The notes below the pieces were generated by a model, which saw only the letters and a program-made list of their open reading frames with translations, had not been told where the DNA came from and searched no databases. From Patescibacteria group bacterium (lineage in GTDB: Bacteria; Patescibacteriota; Minisyncoccia; Phycocordibacterales; Phycocordibacteraceae): a stretch of DNA of 54,564 bases. Position numbers and translations under genes: made by a program. The stretch covers positions 1 to 54,564 of the forward strand of contig JBBTSV010000002.1 of NCBI GenBank assembly GCA_038064595.1, read 5' to 3'. Below are positions 1-7,574 of the stretch, in pieces. The stretch's first letter is position 1. Every line of letters starts with the position of its first letter.

Positions 1-52
1 ATCATTAATTCGGGTTTCGTGTAAAATGGGTTCTAGCGTGCTTTAATAGAGA

Positions 53-209
53 CTCCAGAATCAAAACAAGGTCAGATTCGCCGTCAGAAAATTTCGCGGC
101 GCGGAGCGCCGCGTAGGGGGGATGCGCATTTCCGCGCGCTTCGCGCGCGTGGAGGAGGTTCAGAAATACCAGATCCGAAAATTTTTGGAGGAAGGATTTT
201 TTGGAGGGG
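53..209. repeat. Left inverted repeat (IRL); reverse complement of 3285..3435
   Basis: By direct comparison, 53..155 is a perfect reverse complement of 3333..3435 (103 bp). Homology continues imperfectly, with a 6-nt indel, to 209 / 3285. Confidence 0.9.
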
Positions 210-304
210 AATGCGAATACAGAATACATCCGTAGTGTGCTTGCCCCTCCCACCCGTGCGCGCACCAGCCCCTTCGCTGGCGGGTCTGAAACCAGCGAAG
301 CTCC

Positions 305-1093
305 CTAAATGGAACTAGCGCTTGCCCATCTCGTCTCGAAATTAGCCGTTATCGTTTTTCTAATGTCTTTTCCGTAGCGATCTTGAACAACGACTATTAA
401 AGATTCTCTGTCACCAAGGTCTTTTATCCCATGTCCGACAATCAGAAATTGGTCCGTTGAGATGATGTACCGGTCGTGTAAGTCGTTGTGCGAAGTGACT
501 CGCATTTCAACTTTTTTGGAATGCTCTTTTTTAAAGTCAGTTAGGGCTCTGCTCAAGGTCGCCTGTTTCTCGCCCCCACCTACGCGAGCTGTCAAAAATC
601 GGATTTTCTTGTGGTGCTTCGCAAATGCCTCCAACACCTCTAGGGTTCTTAATCCATAGTAAGGGTCGCAAATTAACAGCTCTCCTTTAGGGAGTGTTCT
701 TATGAGCGACTCTAGCGTCCTTCGTGCGGTACGAGGTTTGTTGGGGTTCACATAAAGGACATTGAGTGGTTCGTCCTTCTTCAATCCCTTAAAATAAGCC
801 TCGCCTGGGCTACTGATTTTTAATCCGTTGCCGTTAGGACTTTTGATTATTTTTTTCCCAATAACCGGCGCAAACGCCTTCTGAAGGCGTTTTATGGTGA
901 TTGGTATGTCGAGAAACTCTTGCAAGATCGTTTGAATCTCCTCATAAGTTAAGTAGTCGACTCCGAACTCGTCCTTGCTCACGAACAAACACCACAGCCC
1001 CGCATCGAGAGATGCTTTGGTAAACCCGTAAACCGAAGGCAAGTCAGCCCTGCTCACTGCCGACATTCTCCATTTTTTCTTGTCTCCCTTCAT
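305..1093 (-). CDS. Hypothetical protein with an N-terminal winged-helix-like region and a C-terminal PLD-superfamily-like (MIT_C-type) domain
   Basis: 262-aa ORF with an ATG start. The C-terminal pattern LICDPYY...(about 75 aa)...LHDRYIISTD...GHGIKDLG resembles the DPY / HDR signature of the MIT_C PLD-like fold. It is the last gene of a tightly packed three-gene operon. Confidence 0.7.
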   Translation of the reverse strand: MKGDKKKWRMSAVSRADLPSVYGFTKASLDAGLWCLFVSKDEFGVDYLTYEEIQTILQEFLDIPITIKRLQKAFAPVIGKKIIKSPNGNGLKISSPGEAYFKGLKKDEPLNVLYVNPNKPRTARRTLESLIRTLPKGELLICDPYYGLRTLEVLEAFAKHHKKIRFLTARVGGGEKQATLSRALTDFKKEHSKKVEMRVTSHNDLHDRYIISTDQFLIVGHGIKDLGDRESLIVVVQDRYGKDIRKTITANFETRWASASSI

Positions 1094-1095
1094 GC

Positions 1096-1515
1096 TCAGT
1101 CAAATATGCTCATCCATCCTTGGCGCAAGTGATAGAAACCGTACTTTTTGGAATCTACCCAACCCTGAGTTACCGCCTCATTCGGGTACTTCCCGTTAAA
1201 GGTATATCCCAAAAGGTTCTTGGCTTTCATTTTGTTCCACTTGCTACTAATTACACCCACTTCAATATCGGAACCAGTTTTCCCTTTCGTCATGTGCGCG
1301 AGAAGGAGCGTGAATTTTTTCGGCCCGCTCAACCCTTTTGCATAGATTTTTATAAAGTTTTTCTCATTGAGTCCAAAATCTAGTTTAGTCGGTTGCGATG
1401 ATTTTGTGTCTGTCGTTTTCGCAACTGGCTTGTTTTTACCAGAATTGAACACCGCCCTTTCCAGACGTTCTAGCCGAGTAAGTATGGCCTTTGTAGTTTT
1501 TTCATTCATAAGCAT
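1096..1515 (-). CDS. Hypothetical protein, middle gene of the cassette
   Basis: 139-aa ORF. Its start abuts the stop of the upstream gene (1515/1516) and its stop lies 2 nt from the next start. It has an N-terminal coiled-coil-like LTRLERLERAV, a Lys/Thr-rich linker and a C-terminal globular part. No family was recognised. Confidence 0.6.
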   Translation of the reverse strand: MLMNEKTTKAILTRLERLERAVFNSGKNKPVAKTTDTKSSQPTKLDFGLNEKNFIKIYAKGLSGPKKFTLLLAHMTKGKTGSDIEVGVISSKWNKMKAKNLLGYTFNGKYPNEAVTQGWVDSKKYGFYHLRQGWMSIFD

Positions 1516-1890
1516 CTATTGAACGTAAAGCCAGCGCTTCTTATCTTTAATTCTTCGCAGGTGCCGCTTCCTGACAAGACGCAACGCAGTCGGAGACAAC
1601 GACGTGACGGGATAATGATAGCCCTGCTCGGCCAGGGCATTCTTTATTGCACTCAGCTCGCGCGGCTTCTTGAAGAATCCGCCGTCAATCAAGTCAGTAA
1701 CGAGGCTAATGGGAGTGGGACGCGCTTTATCAGACATCGCCTCCTTTCTCGAACTACGTCCATCCGTCTTAGTAGGAGCAGAACGTGATTTGCCGCCTTG
1801 TAGTTGTGAGACAAGATCGGCGACTTCCTTTGGCGTACCCTCCACGGTTATCTTTACGCCTTCTTTCGTTGTAATGTTAGCTTTTGCCAT
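1516..1890 (-). CDS. Hypothetical protein, first gene of the cassette, with a possible C-terminal winged-helix
   Basis: 124-aa ORF with an ATG start, transcribed divergently from the recombinase across a 57-bp spacer. It has a small N-terminal beta-rich segment, a basic disordered linker and a basic C-terminal tail (LRLVRKRHLRRIKDKKRW). Confidence 0.6.
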   Translation of the reverse strand: MAKANITTKEGVKITVEGTPKEVADLVSQLQGGKSRSAPTKTDGRSSRKEAMSDKARPTPISLVTDLIDGGFFKKPRELSAIKNALAEQGYHYPVTSLSPTALRLVRKRHLRRIKDKKRWLYVQ

Positions 1891-1947
1891 ATTCCATTAT
1901 TCAGATGTATGCTATCATAAGGGATAACTGAATACAAAGTCAAGCCT

Positions 1948-3495
1948 ATGCTCTACTTCCTTTACGCCCGCAAAAGCACCGATGTCGAGGATAAGCAGGT
2001 GCTGTCTATCGAAGCCCAGCTCGTCGAGCTCCGCGCGCTTGCTAAGCGCGAACAGCTCAACATCGTTGAGGTATTCGTGGAGAAGAAATCCGCAAAGATG
2101 CCGGGTCGCCCTATTTTCGGCGATATGATGGCGCGAATACAAAAGGGCGAAGCGCAGGGCATTATCTGTTGGAAGATTGACCGGCTCGCGCGTAATCCGG
2201 TAGACGGCGGGCAGATTCAGTGGCTCCTGCAACAGGGTGTGATTCGCCATATTCAGACGCACGACCGCTCGCACTTCCCAAACGACAATGTGCTGATGAT
2301 GTCGGTGGAGCTCGGTATGGCGAATGAGTACATCCGGCAATTGAGCGCGAATACTTCTCGCGGGCTCAGGCAGAAAGCGCGACAAGGTATCTATCCCGGC
2401 CTCGCGCCGTTCGGATATTTGAACGACCCGAGTACAAAGACTATCAAGACGCATCGTAAAAATGCGAAGTTAATCCGAGAAATTTTTGAACGGTATGCGA
2501 CCGGCAAGGATACTTTAGACATTCTCGCCACGATGCTTGAGAAGGCGGGCGTTCTGTCTAAAGGCAATCGTCGCATTCATATCTCGCAAATTTCGTTCTT
2601 TCTCCAAAATCCGTTCTACTACGGACACTTCCGCTACGCGGGCGAAGTGTACGAAGGCACGCACGAGCCGCTCGTTTCTAAAGAGCTTTTTGATAAGGCG
2701 AATGTCGTCCTGCATAGTCGCGGTCGTGTACCAGATATCAAGGATGATCCGAGCCCGTATTGTGGCCTGCTCCGCTGCTCCTGCGGTATGAGCATCACCG
2801 CCGAGAAGAAAGAGAAACACCAGAAGAACGGCAATATTCACCTCTATACCTACTACCGCTGTACGCGAAAATCTAAGGCGGTTAAATGCGTCGAAGCGCC
2901 GATACGAAGCGAATTGTTGGATTCTCAACTCTCGGCGCTTCTTGGTGAATACACGATGCCCGAGGAGTGGGTATCGCCGTTGTCTGCCCTTCTTGATACA
3001 GAAGCCGCCAACGCCTCTAAAACGGCAGCAGGTGCCGTTGCCGACCTGCGGGACAAGGTTACGGACATCTCGCGCACGCATGCTCGGCTAACCGACCTCT
3101 ATGTCGCCGAGGATTTGGAGCGCGAGGAGTACTTGTCCCGCCGCCGTTCGCTTATGAGCGAGCGCCGGACGATTGAGGAACAAATCGTCCGCCTTGAACG
3201 AACCCCTGCCGCGTGGGTTGAACCGGTCAGGAATTGGATAGAAGACGCTTCGCGTCTTGATGAAATCGCCCATTCTGAAAACTACCCCTCCAAAAAATCC
3301 TCCCTCCAAAAAATTTTCGGATTGAACCTCTCCCTCCACGCGCGCGAAGCGCGCGGAAATGCGCATCCCCCCTACGCGGCGCTCCGCGCCGCGAAATTTT
3401 CTGACGGCGAATCTGACCTTGTTTTGATTCTGGAGCCGAGAGTCGGGATTGAACCGACGACCTGCGCCTTACCATGGCGCTGCTCTACCAACTGA
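1948..3495 (+). CDS. Large serine recombinase
   Basis: The N-terminal resolvase catalytic motif is YARKSTDVEDKQVLSIEAQ. A recombinase domain follows, then a Cys-rich zinc-ribbon (CGLLRCSCG...YYRCTRK...KC) and a coiled-coil tail. The ORF has no stop until 3495, so it runs through IRR and antisense into tRNA-Thr. The true C-terminus is uncertain. Confidence 0.9.
   Translation: MLYFLYARKSTDVEDKQVLSIEAQLVELRALAKREQLNIVEVFVEKKSAKMPGRPIFGDMMARIQKGEAQGIICWKIDRLARNPVDGGQIQWLLQQGVIRHIQTHDRSHFPNDNVLMMSVELGMANEYIRQLSANTSRGLRQKARQGIYPGLAPFGYLNDPSTKTIKTHRKNAKLIREIFERYATGKDTLDILATMLEKAGVLSKGNRRIHISQISFFLQNPFYYGHFRYAGEVYEGTHEPLVSKELFDKANVVLHSRGRVPDIKDDPSPYCGLLRCSCGMSITAEKKEKHQKNGNIHLYTYYRCTRKSKAVKCVEAPIRSELLDSQLSALLGEYTMPEEWVSPLSALLDTEAANASKTAAGAVADLRDKVTDISRTHARLTDLYVAEDLEREEYLSRRRSLMSERRTIEEQIVRLERTPAAWVEPVRNWIEDASRLDEIAHSENYPSKKSSLQKIFGLNLSLHAREARGNAHPPYAALRAAKFSDGESDLVLILEPRVGIEPTTCALPWRCSTN
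3285..3435. repeat. Right inverted repeat (IRR); reverse complement of 53..209
   Basis: Same comparison as for IRL. It lies inside the 3' end of the recombinase ORF and ends 5 nt inside tRNA-Thr. Confidence 0.9.
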
Positions 3496-3506
3496 GCTAT
3501 CTCGGC
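3431..3506 (-). tRNA. tRNA-Thr (anticodon GGT), CCA encoded
   Basis: Manual cloverleaf: GCCGAGA/TCTCGGC acceptor, GCTC/GAGC D stem, GCGCC-ATGGTAA-GGCGC anticodon arm, GTCGG-TTCAATC-CCGAC T arm, discriminator T, then CCA. Confidence 0.9.
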
Positions 3507-3554
3507 AATGTGCGCACACACTACCATATTTTAAAATCAGTATATACTGGAGCG

Positions 3555-3908
3555 ATGGAAGGACTCGAGCACTACGAGAAGGAGGAGCGCCCCTGGGGCG
3601 CCTTTGAACGCTTCACGCTCAATCAAGAGACGACGGTAAAGATAATCACCGTAAAGGAGGGTGAGGCCTTCAGCCTCCAGACCCATGAGCACCGCGATGA
3701 GTACTGGCGCGTTCTCTCTGGGGTGGGTACTGTGCGCATTGGCGACACTGATCACGAGGCACACGCGGGGGACAGTTTCTTTGTGCCGCGGCACACCGAG
3801 CACCGCGTCACGGGCGGCGAGGGCGGGATCACCTTTCTCGAAATCGCCTTTGGCACCTTCGACGAGAGCGACATCGAGCGCCTCGACGACCGCTACGGCC
3901 GGACCTAA
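3555..3908 (+). CDS. Cupin-domain protein (mannose-6-phosphate isomerase type II C-terminal-like)
   Basis: Cupin motifs are SLQTHEHRDEYWRVLSG and FFVPRHTEHR. The start was moved to ATG 3555 because the longer ORF (3474) overlaps the tRNA. Confidence 0.8.
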   Translation: MEGLEHYEKEERPWGAFERFTLNQETTVKIITVKEGEAFSLQTHEHRDEYWRVLSGVGTVRIGDTDHEAHAGDSFFVPRHTEHRVTGGEGGITFLEIAFGTFDESDIERLDDRYGRT

Positions 3909-3914
3909 CAGAAA

Positions 3915-3940
3915 AGCCGGGGACCAACCCGGCTTTTTCT
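3915..3940 (+). terminator. Rho-independent terminator
   Basis: Hairpin AGCCGGG-gaccaa-CCCGGCT followed by TTTTCT, directly after the cupin stop. Confidence 0.7.
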
Positions 3941-3947
3941 TGCTTTG

Positions 3948-4022
3948 CGCGGTCGATGGGATTTGAACCCACGATCTCGTCCGTGACAGGGACGCGCTTT
4001 GAACCAACTAAGCTACGACCGC
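3948..4022 (-). tRNA. tRNA-Asp (anticodon GTC)
   Basis: Manual cloverleaf: GCGGTCG/CGACCGC acceptor, GCTT/AAGC D stem, CGTCC-CTGTCAC-GGACG anticodon arm, GTGGG-TTCAAAT-CCCAT T arm, discriminator G. CCA is not encoded. Confidence 0.9.
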
Positions 4023-4694
4023 ATTCTTCTTCGTGGCTAAAAATCGCTCAAAGACGACTTTCTTCCTTACCAGCAGTAATTCCGAAGAATCCTCCCGATT
4101 ATACATCAATTTATATAATTTCAAAGAATCTCGCGTCCCGAGCTGCAACCGAGAATAGTTATTTTTTGAGTCATAAATTGATCCTCCGTCGATACCCTGC
4201 TGTCGCAGTTTCTTCAGAAGAAGAACGAGAAAACGCCTCGAACAAGAGGTGAACGCCGTCAAGAGCGTCAAGCTGGGACTTTTCCTCTCCTTTTTCGTAA
4301 GGCCGAACCACACATTCCCATCTCCATCGAAATACCCTCGAACAAAGTGTGAGAAATACTTTTGGGGAACATGTGGTACCGCCAGACTTTTTGTTTTATT
4401 TGGCATGAATCCCAATTTCTCCAAATCCGTACACATCTCTTTATTTCCTATTTGAAGACGGTAGATAATCTTTTCATTTCCCTTCCTCGATCGAACACTT
4501 ATTTTATGCTCAGACCGTATCGCTTTTTTAATCTCGATAAGAATATGTTCATCAGTAATTTGAATATTCCAAAAATGAGCACCCCTCTTATTAAGAGTTA
4601 GATATCCGTCTGCGGCGAAAAATCCAAGAATGTAGGCCATTTCGGGCGACCATGTTTTAAAGAAATCTGCGTTCACCGCGCGATGCATCGGCAT
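4008..4694 (-). CDS. LAGLIDADG-family homing endonuclease, double-motif and free-standing
   Basis: Two LAGLIDADG-type motifs are present: YILGFFAADGY and FVRGYFDGDGNV. The gene is markedly A+T-rich relative to its neighbours. Its last 15 nt, including the stop, overlap the 5' end of tRNA-Asp. Confidence 0.85.
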   Translation of the reverse strand: MPMHRAVNADFFKTWSPEMAYILGFFAADGYLTLNKRGAHFWNIQITDEHILIEIKKAIRSEHKISVRSRKGNEKIIYRLQIGNKEMCTDLEKLGFMPNKTKSLAVPHVPQKYFSHFVRGYFDGDGNVWFGLTKKERKSPSLTLLTAFTSCSRRFLVLLLKKLRQQGIDGGSIYDSKNNYSRLQLGTRDSLKLYKLMYNREDSSELLLVRKKVVFERFLATKKNAVVA

Positions 4695-4720
4695 ATCCCA
4701 AGTATATTTTGTGACAGTGC

Positions 4721-4726
4721 ATTATA
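4721..4726 (-). promoter_or_regulatory. Candidate -10 box (TATAAT on the minus strand) upstream of the LAGLIDADG gene
   Basis: The plus strand reads attata, which is TATAAT on the minus strand, 27 nt upstream of ATG 4694. No experimental support. Confidence 0.3.
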
Positions 4727-4780
4727 CTAGCCGTCTTATACACAAACTGGGTTTAGGAAGCCGGTGCGCTATGTCGCGAC

Positions 4781-6733
4781 TCACTTTTGTGAGGCGGTGG
4801 CGAAATACTGTTTCGCGAGTGCGGCCATATCGCTTGCCTGTGCGGTATCGCCGAGACGAGCGTAGGCAGTACTCGCCTGAAGGTAGACATTGGCAACCTG
4901 CTCCCACACCACCTTTTTGTACGGATTCACCCAATATGGGTTCGCATAGAGCTCTGGGGGGTAGGAGGGGAGGATTCTTTTCGCAATAGCGATGGCTTTT
5001 TCATACGCTTTCTGCTGGACATAGAGCTGCATGAGCTGCTCGTATTCATATATCCCCTCTACAGGGTTAAAAGTGATCGTTTTGAGAAGTGCGGCTTCAT
5101 ACTGTTCTTCGTCACCCAGCTCTCTGTAAATGAGAGCTTCCCAGCTGTAGAAGAGCGGCTTCTTGGGCTTCTTTTCGATACTGCGGTGTATCTCGTCTAA
5201 CGCCTCTTCGAGCAATGCTCTTCTCTTGGTTGGATCGTTAGTCAGATGTGAGAGCCGCTCAAGTGTGGTGGCCGCATGAAAGTGTGGAGAAAAATCAAAA
5301 TCGCCAAGCCGCGTTGCGGTTCTAAATTCAGCGAGCGCCGCATCATACTTTTGATTGCTCAAGTAGGCCAGGCCCATTTCAAGATGGTACGAATCATACC
5401 AATACGAGATACTGAAACAGCTTATGGCTGCGGCGCTCCCGAGCACGAGTATGGCGAGGCCCCTTCCCCATCGATGCACCCTTTCTGGTGTCACTATGCC
5501 CCGCTGTCCGTAGACTGCGCCTACTATAAGGAAGAAGAGGAGCGGGTTTGCCGCGTATCCCCAGTTAACCTCCATACAGAGCGCCAGAATTGTCGCCACA
5601 GCTCCTATGAAGACGGCACTGCGCGCAACCTCCTCTCCCGAGGAGTCGTCCTGGCGCGCAGAGCGATACAGAGACCAGACAATCACGAAGACGAGGAGAG
5701 TGAAGAGAAGCCCGCCAAGAAGGCCGATCTCGGCAAAGAGCTTAAGAAATTCATTGTGCGGGCTTGACGCATAATACGCAGGCGTATCTTTATACCGTTT
5801 GACTGCCTCGCCATACGTCCGGAGTCCAACCCCCATAAGAGGGTTGTGTCGTATGATGGTCAACGCGTCATCAAAATAATGGAGTCGCGCGGTGAGCGCA
5901 TTCGCCTCGAGCGTTTCTCCGGTAAACACCCCCACCTCTTGACCCTGTGTCGCCGCTCGCTGCTGCGTGAGCGCCAATAGACCAGCAACCAGAAGCGCGC
6001 TGCAGGCAAGAAGAGCGAGTATACGTACGGCGACCACTCTCGTTCGCGCCAACGCCACCACCGGTCGAAAGAACAGCGCCGCCCCGAGGACAAGCGCGAT
6101 GAGGAGGCTGAGCCAGCTCCCCCGAGAGAACGTCAGTACAAAAGCGGCGCTCACCAGCGTGCCGCATACACCCCACCCTATCGCGCTGACGCGCGTTTTG
6201 GCTGTGGCGGTACGCGCATACAACAGCACGAGTGGGAGCAATAAAAACCCAGCAAAAGCGTTGTGGTCGTTGAAGGTAGAAGCGAGTCGAAGATATCCGA
6301 AGTTATTGGTGAAAAAGAGTTCTACGATACCCCAGAGAGCGAGGAGGCCCGCGCTCACCATAGCTACGGCGGTCAGAAACTCGAAGCGAGGGCGTGAGTC
6401 AACGACGAGGCGCGCAGAGATAAACGCTACATAATACCCAACCCAGTGCAGTACATTTATGCCCGTCGTCGTCCGATCTGCTGAAGGGATAAACGACAGC
6501 GCCATGGCGCCAAGGAGGAGGAGAAACAGCACACTGACTGGTTCACATAGTGCACGTTGAAATGCCTCACGACGGTGCCTCCAGGCAAAATACGCAAACG
6601 GTCCTGATAAGAAAAAGAGGAACAGTTGCGCCTCGTACCTCGCTCCCCCGTGATAGAAGGGCACAACAACCAGAAGAAGACCAAGAGCAAGCAATGCAAA
6701 AAAAGAAGGGCGGTCTGCAGCGTTCACGCTCAT
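4781..6733 (-). CDS. O-antigen ligase (Wzy_C)-like polytopic membrane protein fused to C-terminal TPR repeats
   Basis: It has many TM segments and the motif SPHNEFLKLFAEIGLLG typical of O-antigen ligase/polymerase domains. The C-terminal approximately 200 aa are TPR-like. The start was set at ATG 6733; the ORF track begins at 6769. Confidence 0.8.
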   Translation of the reverse strand: MSVNAADRPSFFALLALGLLLVVVPFYHGGARYEAQLFLFFLSGPFAYFAWRHRREAFQRALCEPVSVLFLLLLGAMALSFIPSADRTTTGINVLHWVGYYVAFISARLVVDSRPRFEFLTAVAMVSAGLLALWGIVELFFTNNFGYLRLASTFNDHNAFAGFLLLPLVLLYARTATAKTRVSAIGWGVCGTLVSAAFVLTFSRGSWLSLLIALVLGAALFFRPVVALARTRVVAVRILALLACSALLVAGLLALTQQRAATQGQEVGVFTGETLEANALTARLHYFDDALTIIRHNPLMGVGLRTYGEAVKRYKDTPAYYASSPHNEFLKLFAEIGLLGGLLFTLLVFVIVWSLYRSARQDDSSGEEVARSAVFIGAVATILALCMEVNWGYAANPLLFFLIVGAVYGQRGIVTPERVHRWGRGLAILVLGSAAAISCFSISYWYDSYHLEMGLAYLSNQKYDAALAEFRTATRLGDFDFSPHFHAATTLERLSHLTNDPTKRRALLEEALDEIHRSIEKKPKKPLFYSWEALIYRELGDEEQYEAALLKTITFNPVEGIYEYEQLMQLYVQQKAYEKAIAIAKRILPSYPPELYANPYWVNPYKKVVWEQVANVYLQASTAYARLGDTAQASDMAALAKQYFATASQK

Positions 6734-6779
6734 AAGCCACTCTTTCACGGTGACTCGATAGTAGCACATAAGACAAAAG

Positions 6780-7574
6780 TTACTCCGTCATAAAACGAGT
6801 GAAGAGCCCCCGTCGCAATACCAAACGATACACATACCGCAGAAGAACAAAAGACCCTACGAGATAGAGGAGGGAGAGGGCTGAAGCAATAAGAAAATAG
6901 TACATCGAGAAACTTCCACCGCCCACAATATGTCGCATGCTTTCAAATACATACGTGGTAGGAAGTAGGTACGAAAACGGGTGAATAAAAGCAGGGAGCG
7001 TGCTGATTGGATAAAATACTCCTGAAAAGGGCATGGTGAAAACGGGGAGGGACCATACCAAGATTTCCGCAGCAGGACCCATGCGCAATACCGCTGCCGT
7101 TGCAACGATACCCATCGCCCAACCAAACATACATAAGATAAATGCAAACGGTATGATATATAGACCAAACTGAAACACATCATACGCGAAGAGGAGCGCC
7201 GCAAAAACTGTCATAGTCACGATCGCAAGAATTGTGGTAACGATACTGGTGAGTATCAGTCCCATGCAGTATTCGCCTACCGTAAGCGGTGAAGAGAAAA
7301 GATTAATTAAGTTGCGGGTCCATACATCCTCCAAAAAAGCGTTCGTCATGCTCTGTTGAATACGTGTAAAAAAATTCCAAAATATAACAGCACCAATCAG
7401 TACCCCCAACACGGTGAATGGTGTCCCCCCAAGACTCATCAGGTATTGAGTGATGAGACCCCATATAAAGAGCTCGACGGTAGGCCAGTAAAGTGACGAT
7501 ATAAATCGAGTCTTACTCCGCGATTGCAAATAAAATTGCCTTAAAAAAATGGCGTATACGCGTTTAAGACTCAT
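6780..7574 (-). CDS. ABC-2 type transporter permease (polysaccharide/teichoic-acid exporter-like)
   Basis: A 264-aa protein with about 6 TM segments. Its start overlaps the stop of the upstream ATPase gene by 11 nt. Confidence 0.8.
   Translation of the reverse strand: MSLKRVYAIFLRQFYLQSRSKTRFISSLYWPTVELFIWGLITQYLMSLGGTPFTVLGVLIGAVIFWNFFTRIQQSMTNAFLEDVWTRNLINLFSSPLTVGEYCMGLILTSIVTTILAIVTMTVFAALLFAYDVFQFGLYIIPFAFILCMFGWAMGIVATAAVLRMGPAAEILVWSLPVFTMPFSGVFYPISTLPAFIHPFSYLLPTTYVFESMRHIVGGGSFSMYYFLIASALSLLYLVGSFVLLRYVYRLVLRRGLFTRFMTE

Larger units (their letters stand above)
53..3435. mobile_element. Serine-recombinase element, either integrated or invertible, bounded by long inverted repeats and abutting the tRNA-Thr 3' end
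   Basis: It contains a large serine recombinase and a three-gene cargo operon that is visibly more A+T-rich than the flanks. IRL/IRR lie at both ends, and the right end overlaps the last 5 nt (C-U-CCA) of tRNA-Thr. Confidence 0.6.

Noticed and set aside
5-265. An 86-aa minus-strand ORF at the left window edge
   Set aside because: Its conserved part is simply the left inverted-repeat copy of the recombinase 3' end, giving the same peptide LHAREARGNAHPPY...LVLILE. It has no independent coding support, so it is treated as a repeat or gene-fragment remnant rather than a gene.
3474-3554. An N-terminal extension of the cupin ORF
   Set aside because: It overlaps tRNA-Thr and translates tRNA sequence (ALLYQLSYLGN). 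The internal ATG at 3555 gives a normal cupin N-terminus.
53-4694. A prophage interpretation of the recombinase region
   Set aside because: No capsid, terminase, portal, tail or lysis genes are recognisable between the repeats or in the adjacent sequence. The unit is far too small, so a small integrative or invertible element is the more economical description.
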